Part shown: positions 7,821 through 16,685 of the stretch, in pieces
How the letters are laid out: every line of letters begins with the position of its first letter
How positions within the stretch are numbered: the stretch's first letter is position 1
NCBI RefSeq assembly: GCF_000270205.1
Contig: NC_015913.1
Coordinates: 330,001-362,000, forward strand
DNA length: 32,000 nucleotides
Origin: Candidatus Arthromitus sp. SFB-mouse-Japan
GTDB taxonomy: Bacteria; Bacillota; Clostridia; Clostridiales; Clostridiaceae
Direction: 5' to 3'
Made by a program: the position numbers and the translations under genes
Notes under the pieces: generated by a model
Seen by the model: the letters and a program-made list of their open reading frames with translations, nothing else
What the model was told of the DNA's origin: nothing
Databases searched by the model: none

Positions 7821-8909
7821 TTGAATTTATTACAAGTTGGAGTTAAGTTAAAAGCTGATAATATCCAATCATTTATAGATGATTTTCTTAAAATAGATGG
7901 TATTAATATTTCAGACATTCGATTACATGATGATATGATTTTGATAAATAAAATTAAATATAAATCATTTGGTACTATTTCTATAGGGCTTAAATTTCAT
8001 AGAATAGAGGATGGGATTTTATCAATTGCCATAAAAAAACTCAAGGCGATAAGTATACCTATTAATGTTTTTACTGTAAATTTCATATTAAAAATGGTTA
8101 TTAATAAGTTAAATATTAAGGGTATTAGCTGTGATGGTAAACAAATAAAGATAGATTTAAGGAAGGTATTTAAAGAATTTAATCTGAATTTTTTAGAAGT
8201 AGATATAAAGGATATACAAATAACTGAGGAAAGTATTAATGTTACTTTTGGGAATGTCGATATTGATATGATCGAACTTATAAATAGTAATAAAAAATCT
8301 CCATCTCAAGGATGTGAGATGGAGATTCAAAATGTTGAAAATAATATAGAACATAATGTTTCAGATATTAATGAGAATATAATATATAATGTTAAAAATA
8401 TGGAAAATGATGAAGAATATAGGAAGTTTTGCAGTAATAATTTTACAGGATTTTGTAAGAATGATAAGGGTTATTTTTTAGAATATTCTAGATTTAGAAA
8501 TAGGTTATACAATGGAAAATTCAAACAAACAAATAAAATAATTTTGGGTAAGATTGTATTTATAATGTCAGATATAGGTGTACTTTGTTACAGATTATTA
8601 AGGGATAATAGGGTTAGAAATAGTACTAAGATATTGATAGGATTTACAATATTTTATTTATTGAGTCCCATAGATTTTATAAATAATAAGTTTAGTATTT
8701 TAGATAAGATAGATGATGGTTTATTATTAGTATTTACTTTAAATAAAATATTTGTATCTGTTGATAGGGAAATATTAAATTATCATTTTGATGGTGATGA
8801 GGATACGCTTAATTTTTTAATGGATTCATTTGATTTATTAAATTCGATGTTAGGTATGAATAATATAGATAAGTTATATAGTGTGTTTGAAAAATTTGTT
8901 AGATTTTAA
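7821..8909 (+). CDS. Hypothetical protein with a C-terminal DUF1232 (YkvA-like) membrane domain
   Basis: The DUF1232-like stretch YRLLRDNRVRNSTKILIGFTIFYLLSPIDFINNKFSILDKIDDGLLLVFTLNKI follows a ~250-aa unknown N-region. The TTG at 7821 has GAGGAG 7 nt upstream. The listed TTG at 7800 overlaps that RBS. Confidence 0.6.
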   Translation: MNLLQVGVKLKADNIQSFIDDFLKIDGINISDIRLHDDMILINKIKYKSFGTISIGLKFHRIEDGILSIAIKKLKAISIPINVFTVNFILKMVINKLNIKGISCDGKQIKIDLRKVFKEFNLNFLEVDIKDIQITEESINVTFGNVDIDMIELINSNKKSPSQGCEMEIQNVENNIEHNVSDINENIIYNVKNMENDEEYRKFCSNNFTGFCKNDKGYFLEYSRFRNRLYNGKFKQTNKIILGKIVFIMSDIGVLCYRLLRDNRVRNSTKILIGFTIFYLLSPIDFINNKFSILDKIDDGLLLVFTLNKIFVSVDREILNYHFDGDEDTLNFLMDSFDLLNSMLGMNNIDKLYSVFEKFVRF

Positions 8910-8988
8910 ATTAGGAATAAAAATTATGATTGAACAAATAATAAGTCTATAAGGAAATTATATGGCTTATTATGGAGGTGGTTTAATT

Positions 8989-9180
8989 ATGAAAGGTATC
9001 GTTTTAGGTACTACAGCTGGTGCTTTAATTGGTGTTATGATTTCGGTGATAGTTCCACAATCTAGTAAAAAACTTAAAAATAAAATAGGTAAAAATACGA
9101 GTAAGTTTATTAAGAAAGGAAGGAAAACTAAATCTCAAATAATGAAGAAAATAGCTAAAATTATGTATGAAGTTGCTTAA
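8989..9180 (+). CDS. Small YtxH-like membrane/stress protein (63 aa)
   Basis: N-terminal Gly/Ala-rich helix MKGIVLGTTAGALIGVMISVIVP, then a Lys-rich tail. The ATG at 8989 has GGAGGTGG 6 nt upstream; the listed start at 8962 has no RBS. Confidence 0.55.
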   Translation: MKGIVLGTTAGALIGVMISVIVPQSSKKLKNKIGKNTSKFIKKGRKTKSQIMKKIAKIMYEVA

Positions 9181-9209
9181 AGACTCCATAAAAGGAGTCT
9201 TTTTATTTT
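9181..9209 (+). terminator. Rho-independent terminator
   Basis: AGACTCC (9181-9187) pairs with GGAGTCT (9194-9200), followed by TTTTTATTTT. Confidence 0.7.
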
Positions 9210-9265
9210 AGATATTTATTTATATGTAGAAATAAGAGATATGGTAATCCATATCTCTCGTATAA

Positions 9266-9445
9266 TTATTTTAATCCATTTTCATATTGTTCAACCATTC
9301 TTTTTACCATTTCTCCACCGACAGATCCACATTGTTTAGAAGTTAAATTACCATTATAATCAGTGAAAGGTACACCCATTTCATTGGCAACTTGGCTCTT
9401 AAATTGTTCTAATCCATTTTTAGCATCTGGAACTAATTTACCCAT
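9266..9445 (-). CDS. Small acid-soluble spore protein, alpha/beta type (59 aa; not in the ORF track)
   Basis: Hand translation of the minus strand gives MGKLVPDAKNGLEQFKSQVANEMGVPFTDYNGNLTSKQCGSVGGEMVKRMVEQYENGLK*. This closely resembles clostridial SASPs as I recall them (LVPEAKNGL..., GVPF.DYNG.L.S.QCGSVGGEMVKRMVE). GGAGG lies 6 nt upstream of the start codon. A 9-bp hairpin (9236-9259) lies downstream. Confidence 0.9.
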   Translation of the reverse strand: MGKLVPDAKNGLEQFKSQVANEMGVPFTDYNGNLTSKQCGSVGGEMVKRMVEQYENGLK

Positions 9446-9703
9446 GTTTAAATCCTCCTAAAAATTAAAACTTTTTAATATCCTGTAAATAATTAATTAA
9501 CAGGACAATATTAGTATTAACTTATATTTTAAATATAATCCTGAAATATAATGGTATTTAGACATAGATTATCCATATAATTTTAAAGATTATGTAATCA
9601 TTAAAATTGATTAATATTTTGAAATATGTTTCTTAAGATATATTTGGAGATATTAGGGAATATATCAACAGGAATAATAGGTATAGATATGATAAGATAA
9701 ATA

Positions 9704-9712
9704 TGTTATAAT
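9704..9712 (+). promoter_or_regulatory. Extended -10 promoter element (TGtTATAAT) upstream of the M23 peptidase gene
   Basis: Perfect TGnTATAAT about 75 nt upstream of the start codon. Weak -35 (TAGATA). Confidence 0.3.
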
Positions 9713-9786
9713 CTGAGTGTATATTTTAATTAAGCAATAAAACCTATTATTTTTTATAGTTGTGGTTTGAATTTTAGGAGGATAGT

Positions 9787-11100
9787 TTGGTGAATAAAAA
9801 TAAGACACTTAGGTTATCAGTGTTTTTAATAATTGTATTTATTTTTGTAGTAAATAGTGATGCTATGGCAAGTGTTAAAGATTCATTAGAACAACAAATA
9901 CAGCAGAATAATAAAAAAATTGATAATGTGCAAAACGAAATATATAGTATAAATGAAGAAATAGATGCTATTGACGATGAATTATCTAAAATTAAGAGTG
10001 AGATAGACCAAAGAAATGGCGTTATTAATGAATATTTGGAAAATATAGAATTACATCAAAAGAATATAGATGATAAAGCTTTATTAATAGACGGTATTGA
10101 AAAGCAGATGATTACTATGGAAGAAAATATAGAAAAACTTAATAAGGAAATTGAAAATAATCAGGCTGAATTAGTAAAATTAGAGGCTATACTTGCTGAT
10201 AGAATAAAAGAATTTTATAAATATTCTCAAAATAATTCATTAGGATTAGATTTGTTTTTTTCAATGGTATTTGATATGAATAAGGATTTACAGGATGTAT
10301 TGGATACCGTTCATAGTATGTCTAAAATAACTGAGAGCGATAGGAAGTTAATTGAAAATATAAAGCAAATTAAGGATAACATAAATAGAGACAAGGAAAA
10401 TTTAGAAAAAGAGGTTCAGAGTTTAGCTCTATATAGAAAGGATTTAGAGAATCAGATACAAGAGATAGAGAACTCTAAAAATGAGTTAATTGTAAAGAAA
10501 AATGAGTTAGATGCAGAATTGCAAGTTGTTAGGGATTTAGAAAGAGAGTATCAAGAAAGATATGATGCTTTAGATGAGGATTCTAAAAGAAAAAGGGAGG
10601 AACTTATAAATATTCAGCAAGATAATGAACAATTACAACAGCAGTTAACAGATTATTTAAATTCGATAAATAATTCAGGTTTAGTTGGTGGTAGTAATGA
10701 AGTAAGTCCAAGTGGATACTTAAGACCTTCTACAGGACCAGTTACATCTGAATATGGTTGGAGGGTTCATCCAATAAGAGGTACAAAATCGCTTCATACA
10801 GGTACTGATTTTGGAGGTAAAATTGGAGATACGATAATTGCAAGCAGAGCTGGGGAGGTTGTATTTGCTGGTTGGTATAATAATGTTTATGGTAATGTTG
10901 TTATTTTAAATCATGGTGGAGGATATCAAACGTTTTATGCTCATATGTCTAGAGTTGCAGTATCTGAGGGACAAGTAGTTGATCAAGGAGTTAGAATTGG
11001 TTATATGGGTTCTACTGGTATGAGTACGGGGGCTCATTTACATTTTGAGATTAGAAAAGATGGAGTTAGTTTAGACCCATTTAATTTCTTATCTAGATAG
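9787..11100 (+). CDS. Secreted coiled-coil M23-family peptidoglycan metalloendopeptidase (EnvC-like architecture)
   Basis: Signal/anchor LSVFLIIVFIFVVNSDAMA, then ~270 aa of heptad-rich coiled coil. C-terminal M23 motifs HTGTDF, YAHMS and GAHLHFEI. AGGAGG upstream; the start could be the TTG at 9787 or the GTG at 9790. Confidence 0.85.
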   Translation: MVNKNKTLRLSVFLIIVFIFVVNSDAMASVKDSLEQQIQQNNKKIDNVQNEIYSINEEIDAIDDELSKIKSEIDQRNGVINEYLENIELHQKNIDDKALLIDGIEKQMITMEENIEKLNKEIENNQAELVKLEAILADRIKEFYKYSQNNSLGLDLFFSMVFDMNKDLQDVLDTVHSMSKITESDRKLIENIKQIKDNINRDKENLEKEVQSLALYRKDLENQIQEIENSKNELIVKKNELDAELQVVRDLEREYQERYDALDEDSKRKREELINIQQDNEQLQQQLTDYLNSINNSGLVGGSNEVSPSGYLRPSTGPVTSEYGWRVHPIRGTKSLHTGTDFGGKIGDTIIASRAGEVVFAGWYNNVYGNVVILNHGGGYQTFYAHMSRVAVSEGQVVDQGVRIGYMGSTGMSTGAHLHFEIRKDGVSLDPFNFLSR

Positions 11101-11106
11101 AAATTT

Positions 11107-11140
11107 AAAAAGGATGCTATTAATTTAGCATCCTTTTTAT
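11107..11140 (+). terminator. Rho-independent terminator
   Basis: AAAAAGGATGCTA pairs with TAGCATCCTTTTT, followed by a T-run. Confidence 0.75.
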
Positions 11141-11252
11141 TATAATTAAATTAAAAAATATGTATAAGTATGGGAAAATGGTTATAATTTAAATATAATT
11201 TAAATTTTGCATTATTTATTAGATATTTCATTGTAGAATATTGGAGGGAAGA

Positions 11253-12074
11253 ATGAGGAGAACTAATATTTTTAGTAGGGAGTATGAAAGGAGAATAAGG
11301 AAAAAGCGCTTTTTTATATTAATAATAATTTTAACTATTTTGGTTATGGTTGTATTATATATGGTTAATTTTTCTGAGGTAAATAATTATGTAAGAGATA
11401 GATATTACTCAATTATATCTAAGGAAATTGTTAATATTAGTGAAGCAGAATCTGATAATTATAATATAAATGATGTAAGCAACATTAATGAAGAAACTCA
11501 TACTCCCTTGGAAGAAAATATTTATAATAGTGAAAGTGATAAATTAATACATAATGTTGTTTTAGGAAATGATGAAATAAATATTTTATATACAAAGGAT
11601 GACAATAATGTTCAGTATTTTGGATTAGAAGATAGTTTAGATTTTAAGTATAGTTTTGATATATCCCCAGATAATCTAAAGATTTTAATAGAAAATAATA
11701 TTACTCAAGATACATATATGATTGATGAATCATTTAATACATTTAAGTTAGATCCAGAATTTTTTTATTCTAATTCGGCTAGAAGTAGATTTTATAAGGA
11801 AGATATAAAGAATACATATGAGGGATATTCTTGGTACAAAGGAGCCAGATTTTTAGATAATAATACTGTAGTATACATTAGTAATCTACCATGGTTTGGT
11901 AAAAATGAAGAGTATATATGGAGAACAGATGTGAGTGACACTCAGGATATAAAGCATTTTATGACGAGTATAGCGGGTGAAAATATTGAGTTTGGAGAGT
12001 TGACAGAGCAGGGGATTAAAGTTAATATAAATAATGAAATGAAGTTATTAACATTTTCTTTTGTTCTTAATTAA
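11253..12074 (+). CDS. Hypothetical N-terminally membrane-anchored protein
   Basis: The ATG at 11253 is preceded by GGAGGG. Basic N-terminus, one TM helix (FFILIIILTILVMVVLYMV), then a ~220-aa soluble domain with no motif I recognise. Confidence 0.5.
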   Translation: MRRTNIFSREYERRIRKKRFFILIIILTILVMVVLYMVNFSEVNNYVRDRYYSIISKEIVNISEAESDNYNINDVSNINEETHTPLEENIYNSESDKLIHNVVLGNDEINILYTKDDNNVQYFGLEDSLDFKYSFDISPDNLKILIENNITQDTYMIDESFNTFKLDPEFFYSNSARSRFYKEDIKNTYEGYSWYKGARFLDNNTVVYISNLPWFGKNEEYIWRTDVSDTQDIKHFMTSIAGENIEFGELTEQGIKVNINNEMKLLTFSFVLN

Positions 12075-12151
12075 GAATTTTATATTGGTTTTAATAATTT
12101 ATTGGTTTATATATTTTTCAGAAGTATTGGTTAATCGGGAGGAGTTTTGTA

Positions 12152-13453
12152 ATGAACGTTCAGTTAAATAATCTTGAAAATAGTAGGGTAGAATTTATTA
12201 TTAAGATAGATAAGAAAGAATTTTCTGATGCTATACAGATGTCTTTTAAGAAAAATGTTTCTAAATATAATATACCAGGATTTAGAAAAGGTAAAATTCC
12301 GTTTGAAATATTCAGGAAAATGATTGGAGTCGAGGCGCTTTATAATGATGCTGCAAATATTTTGATAGAGAGAACTTATAAAAATGCTGTTGAAGATCAT
12401 AAGGTTGAAGTTGTAGATTATCCTAGTATAGATATTATAAATTGTAAAGGGGGAGAAGACTTTGAATATAAAGCAACTGTATATGTTAAACCGAATGTAG
12501 TACTTGGAGAGTATAAGTATTTAGATGTAGAGGAAGTTAGCTATGAAGTAAATGATAATGATATTGAACAAGAATTGCAAAATTTAAGAGAAAAAAATGC
12601 ACGCTTAATTTTAAAAGATGGGACTATAGAGAATGGTGATATAGTTGTAATAGATTTTAAGGGATTTATAGATAATGAACCGTTTGATGGTGGAGAAGCT
12701 AAGGATTATAATTTAGTGATAGGATCAAATAGTTTTATAGATAATTTTGAAGATCAGCTTATTGGTAAATCTAAGGGTGATAAGGTAGATGTAAATGTTG
12801 TGTTTCCAATTGACTATGGTGTTGATAAATTAAAGGGTAAAGAGGCTAAATTTGAAGTTAATATAAATGAAATAAAAGTTAAAGAATTAGAAGAATTGGA
12901 TGATAATTTTGCAAAAACTTATTCTGAATTTAGTACTTTAGATGAATTGAAAAATAGCATAAGAGAGAAGAAAATTAAAGATAATGATACGAAGCAAAAA
13001 TATGAGTTTGAGAATTCTGTTATAGAGAAAGTGTGTAGTAATTCCCAAGTTGATATTCCTGAACCAATGATACAAAGTGAAATTGATAGACTTATACATG
13101 ATTTTGAGAATAAAGTAAAGTACCAAGGCACAACTTTAGAACAATATTGTCAATATTATGGTATAGGTTTGGATGATATAAGAAATAATTTTAGAGATAG
13201 GGCAGTTAAACAAGTTTTATCTAATTTGGTTATAGAAGAGATATCTAAAAAAGAAAATATATCAGTAAATGGGGATGAGCTTGATGTCAAGGCATTAGAA
13301 TTAGCTAAGATGTACTCTCATGATGAGGAAAAAATTAGTTCTATTAAAGAGAGTCTTTTATCATCATATAAGGATTCTTTAAAGAGAGATATAGTTATGT
13401 CAAAGACTGTAGAATTTTTAGTAAATCAAAATAAAAAAAGAGGTATTAAATAG
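12152..13453 (+). CDS. tig: Trigger factor
   Basis: Ribosome-binding signature PGFRKGKIP, a central FKBP-type PPIase region (DFKGFIDNEPFDGGEA) and the expected length. Sits upstream of clpP-clpX. Confidence 0.95.
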   Translation: MNVQLNNLENSRVEFIIKIDKKEFSDAIQMSFKKNVSKYNIPGFRKGKIPFEIFRKMIGVEALYNDAANILIERTYKNAVEDHKVEVVDYPSIDIINCKGGEDFEYKATVYVKPNVVLGEYKYLDVEEVSYEVNDNDIEQELQNLREKNARLILKDGTIENGDIVVIDFKGFIDNEPFDGGEAKDYNLVIGSNSFIDNFEDQLIGKSKGDKVDVNVVFPIDYGVDKLKGKEAKFEVNINEIKVKELEELDDNFAKTYSEFSTLDELKNSIREKKIKDNDTKQKYEFENSVIEKVCSNSQVDIPEPMIQSEIDRLIHDFENKVKYQGTTLEQYCQYYGIGLDDIRNNFRDRAVKQVLSNLVIEEISKKENISVNGDELDVKALELAKMYSHDEEKISSIKESLLSSYKDSLKRDIVMSKTVEFLVNQNKKRGIK

Positions 13454-13477
13454 AGTGTATTTTAAAGGAGGAGACTT

Positions 13478-14062
13478 ATGGCTTTAGTACCTATAGTTGT
13501 TGAGCAGACAAGTAAGGGTGAACGCTCTTACGATATATATTCAAGGTTATTAAAAGAACGTATAATCTTTTTAGGAGATGAGGTAAATGATGTTACCGCG
13601 AGTTTAGTAGTTGCTCAATTATTATTTTTAGAAAGTGAAGATACAGATAAGGATATACATTTATATATAAATAGCCCTGGAGGGTCTATAACAGCAGGTA
13701 TGGCTATATATGATACTATGCAATATATAAAGCCAGATGTATCCACAATTTGTATAGGTATGGCTGCATCTATGGGAGCATTTTTATTATCTTCTGGAGC
13801 TAAGGGTAAGAGATTTGCATTACCAAATAGTGAGATAATGATACATCAACCATTAGGTGGGTTTAGAGGTCAAGCAACAGACATAGATATACATGCAAGA
13901 AGAATATTAAGAATGAAGAATGATTTAAATAAAATATTGAGTGAAAATACAGGTAAATCACTATCCCAAATAGAGTTAGATGTTGAGAGGGATCATTTTT
14001 TGAGTTCTTATGAAGCTAAGGAATATGGATTAATAGATAATGTTATAAGTAAGAAGAAATAA
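13478..14062 (+). CDS. clpP: ATP-dependent Clp protease proteolytic subunit
   Basis: [19 protein letters not shown], catalytic Ser context [11 protein letters not shown] and His context MIHQPLGG. Confidence 0.97.
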   Translation: MALVPIVVEQTSKGERSYDIYSRLLKERIIFLGDEVNDVTASLVVAQLLFLESEDTDKDIHLYINSPGGSITAGMAIYDTMQYIKPDVSTICIGMAASMGAFLLSSGAKGKRFALPNSEIMIHQPLGGFRGQATDIDIHARRILRMKNDLNKILSENTGKSLSQIELDVERDHFLSSYEAKEYGLIDNVISKKK

Positions 14063-14093
14063 TATTTATTGAGTCTATTTGCGGGGTGTAGTT

Positions 14094-15353
14094 ATGGCGA
14101 AATTAGATGAAAGCAAGCAATTAAAATGTTCTTTCTGTGGTAAAAATCAGGAGCAAGTGAGGAGGTTAATTGCTGGTCCTGGGGTATATATATGTGATGA
14201 ATGTATAAATTTATGTTCAGAAATAATAACAGATGATTGTGTAGATGAACAAAAGGTTGAGGTATCTAAGGTACCTAAACCTATGGAGATAAAGGATTAT
14301 TTAGATCAATATATTATAGGTCAGGATAAAGCAAAGAGATCAGTGTCAGTAGCTATATATAATCATTATAAGAGAATTAATTCACTTATAAAAGATAATA
14401 GCGTTGAGATACAAAAAAGTAATATATTATTACTGGGACCAACTGGTTCTGGAAAGACTTTAATAGCCCAAACTTTGGCAAAATTTTTGAATGTACCATT
14501 TGCTATAGCTGATGCTACGACGTTAACTGAAGCTGGATATGTTGGAGAAGATGTAGAAAATATATTGTTGAAGTTGATACAGAATGCGGATTATGATATA
14601 GAGCGTGCTGAAAAAGGCATAATATATATAGATGAAATAGATAAAATTGCTAGAAAGTCTGAAAATCCTTCTATAACTAGGGATGTATCTGGCGAAGGTG
14701 TTCAACAGGCACTACTTAAGATATTGGAAGGTACGGTAGCATCTGTACCACCACAGGGTGGGAGAAAGCATCCGCATCAGGAATTTATACAAATAAATAC
14801 TTCTAATATATTATTTATTTGTGGTGGTGCTTTTGATGGTATGGAAAGGATTATAGAGCAAAGAATTAATGTTAGAGCTATGGGATTTGGAGCGGATATA
14901 AGTTCTAAGGAGAATAAGGAATTAGATAAAATATTTGCTAATATATTACCAGAAGATTTATTGAAGTTTGGATTAATACCTGAGTTTATAGGGCGTTTAC
15001 CTATACTTGTTTCATTAAATGCATTAACTGTGGATGCATTAGTTAGAATATTAAAAGAACCTAAAAATGCTATAGTAAAGCAATATAAGAAATTATTTGA
15101 ATATGATGAGGTTGAATTAGAGTTTGAAGAGAAAGCGCTCGAATGTATATCGAGGAAAGCTATTAGTAGGAATACTGGAGCTAGAGGTCTTAGAACTATA
15201 GTTGAAGATTTGCTGATTGATGTTATGTATAATATACCTTCAGATAAAAATATAGATAAAGTTGTAGTAACTGAAAGGAGTGTAGATGATAAAAAAATAG
15301 ATATTTTTTATAAAAAAGATGGAAAAGGTAATAATGACATAGAAAGTGCTTAG
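14094..15353 (+). CDS. clpX: ATP-dependent Clp protease ATP-binding subunit ClpX
   Basis: N-terminal zinc finger CSFCGK...CDEC, Walker A GPTGSGKT, Walker [10 protein letters not shown], plus GFGA and IPEFIGRLP motifs. The ATG at 14094 (MAKLDES) is preferred over the listed TTG at 14079. Confidence 0.97.
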   Translation: MAKLDESKQLKCSFCGKNQEQVRRLIAGPGVYICDECINLCSEIITDDCVDEQKVEVSKVPKPMEIKDYLDQYIIGQDKAKRSVSVAIYNHYKRINSLIKDNSVEIQKSNILLLGPTGSGKTLIAQTLAKFLNVPFAIADATTLTEAGYVGEDVENILLKLIQNADYDIERAEKGIIYIDEIDKIARKSENPSITRDVSGEGVQQALLKILEGTVASVPPQGGRKHPHQEFIQINTSNILFICGGAFDGMERIIEQRINVRAMGFGADISSKENKELDKIFANILPEDLLKFGLIPEFIGRLPILVSLNALTVDALVRILKEPKNAIVKQYKKLFEYDEVELEFEEKALECISRKAISRNTGARGLRTIVEDLLIDVMYNIPSDKNIDKVVVTERSVDDKKIDIFYKKDGKGNNDIESA

Positions 15354-15382
15354 TTAAATAAAAATGTTAAGTAGGATTTAGA

Positions 15383-15949
15383 ATGTTTATATATGATAGT
15401 AAATTTATAAAATCAGCAGTAAGTTGTAAAGATTTTCCTAATGATGGATTAAAGGAAATAGCTATTGTAGGAAGGTCTAATGTAGGTAAGTCTAGTTTAA
15501 TAAATTCGTTATTACAACGTAAAAGGATAGCAAAGGTTAGTTCTACTCCAGGTAAAACAAGGACTTTAAATTTTTTTTTGATAAATAATTCATTCTATCT
15601 AGTAGATTTACCTGGATACGGTTACGCTAAGGTTTCTAAAAGTGAAAGGGATTCGTGGAAGTATATAGCAGAATCATATTTTAATAATAGAGTGTATATA
15701 GATAGGGTTATACTTTTAATAGATTCGAGGCATGATCCGTTTGAAAGTGATGTAACGATGTATAATTGGATTAATAGTTTGAATTATAAGATAGATATTA
15801 TAGCCACTAAATCTGATAAATTAAGCTATTCTCAGATTAAAAAAAATGAGCATATTTTTAAGAGACAGTTTAGTAAGTCTAATATATTATTTTACTCCTC
15901 TTTGAAAAATTATAATAGGGATGAATTGGTAAATTTTATATTTTCATAG
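15383..15949 (+). CDS. engB: Ribosome-biogenesis GTPase EngB/YsxC (YihA)
   Basis: G1 GRSNVGKSSLIN, G2-region PGKTR, G3 DLPGYG and G4 TKSDK. Canonical position after clpX. Confidence 0.92.
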   Translation: MFIYDSKFIKSAVSCKDFPNDGLKEIAIVGRSNVGKSSLINSLLQRKRIAKVSSTPGKTRTLNFFLINNSFYLVDLPGYGYAKVSKSERDSWKYIAESYFNNRVYIDRVILLIDSRHDPFESDVTMYNWINSLNYKIDIIATKSDKLSYSQIKKNEHIFKRQFSKSNILFYSSLKNYNRDELVNFIFS

Positions 15950-15952
15950 ATT

Positions 15953-15989
15953 AAAAAGTATATTATTTTTAGATAATATACTTTTTTTA
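15953..15989 (+). terminator. Rho-independent terminator
   Basis: AAAAAGTATATTAT pairs with ATAATATACTTTTT, followed by a T-run. Confidence 0.7.
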
Positions 15990-16056
15990 TTGTAGCATAT
16001 TTTATTTTTATACATAAAATTATTATATAAATTATAAAATTAAGAGGAGATTAATA

Positions 16057-16584
16057 ATGGATTTTATGAATTTTATGAATCAAGTTGGCAATAATTGTGA
16101 AGTAGGCCATAGAAATCATATTCACGATAATTGTGGATGCTGTTCACCAAACATTGGAAATCATCATAATGGATTTTCTGGTTTATTACCATTACTTTTT
16201 TTATCTGGTTTGGGTCAGACATCAAGCTGTAATTTAGGCAATATGGTTTGTTATCCAAATCAATGTCAAACACAACAATATGTAACCCCTACTTCTGTAC
16301 CTTGTTTTAATAATGGATTAAAATATAAAACTAAAAAAGTTAGACAAGCATATATGGAAGTTCCTGTTTCAACTTATCAGGTAGCTCAACCTTACTACCC
16401 TTATCCGCAACAATTACCAATAACTGCAAATATGGGTTCTATAAATGGTAATAGGTGTTCATTTGATTTATCTACTATTCTATTATTTTTGCTTTTATGT
16501 AGTAGAAATAATAATAGATGTATGAATGTATGTAATCCACCACATCATAATAGACCATGTGGAAGTTGTTCAACTGAAATATAA
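16057..16584 (+). CDS. Hypothetical Cys/His/Asn/Pro-rich protein (possible spore-coat or exosporium-type protein)
   Basis: Strong RBS AAGAGGAG 7 nt upstream. 175 aa with 14 Cys (including DNCGCC, NRCMNVCNPPHHNRPCGSC), 7 His and a PYYPYPQQ stretch. Two short Leu-rich hydrophobic patches (GLLPLLFLSGLG, STILLFLLLCS). I recognise no family. Confidence 0.6.
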   Translation: MDFMNFMNQVGNNCEVGHRNHIHDNCGCCSPNIGNHHNGFSGLLPLLFLSGLGQTSSCNLGNMVCYPNQCQTQQYVTPTSVPCFNNGLKYKTKKVRQAYMEVPVSTYQVAQPYYPYPQQLPITANMGSINGNRCSFDLSTILLFLLLCSRNNNRCMNVCNPPHHNRPCGSCSTEI

Positions 16585-16636
16585 TTATTAAGAAATAATT
16601 ATAAAAATATATGTTCAATTTTTATAGATTGAAATA

Positions 16637-16661
16637 TTAGGAGGGCCTTTTGCCCTCCTAA
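16637..16661. other. GC-rich 10-bp perfect hairpin in an AT-rich spacer
   Basis: TTAGGAGGGC (16637-16646) pairs with GCCCTCCTAA (16652-16661) across a 5-nt loop. There is no flanking U-run on either strand. Confidence 0.5.
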
Positions 16662-16685
16662 ATATATATATAGGGGTGTATTTAT

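Noticed and set aside
9460-9786. A 330-bp AT-rich intergenic region, including a small hairpin TCCTGT...ACAGGA at 9481-9505. I examined it for a riboswitch, an sRNA or a small ORF.
   Set aside because: There are no conserved-looking GC-containing helices. The only small ORFs (for example 24 aa starting at 9626) lack an RBS. The 6-bp hairpin is too weak to call.
12164-13131. Three minus-strand ORFs (12164-12400, 12919-13131, 12938-13126) inside tig.
   Set aside because: They are antisense to trigger factor. Two of them overlap each other in different frames. These are low-complexity chance ORFs.
14523-14705. A 60-aa minus-strand ORF inside clpX.
   Set aside because: It is antisense to a highly conserved gene, and its Ile/Tyr/Phe-rich translation is junk.
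15354-15382. No lon gene lies between clpX and engB, unlike the B. subtilis order clpX-lonB-lonA-ysxC.
   Set aside because: The 29-nt junction is clean, with no remnant or pseudogene. This looks like ordinary lineage-specific gene-order variation rather than a deletion scar.
15996-16004. CATATTTTA fits the sigma-K -10 pattern CATA-n3-TA, upstream of the Cys/His-rich gene.
   Set aside because: The pattern is short and expected by chance in such AT-rich DNA, and the -35 AC element is not convincingly spaced. I mention it only as a hint, not as a feature.
16073-16273. A 66-aa minus-strand ORF antisense to the Cys/His-rich gene.
   Set aside because: The plus-strand ORF has a strong AAGAGGAG RBS and spans the whole interval between terminators. 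The antisense frame has no RBS.
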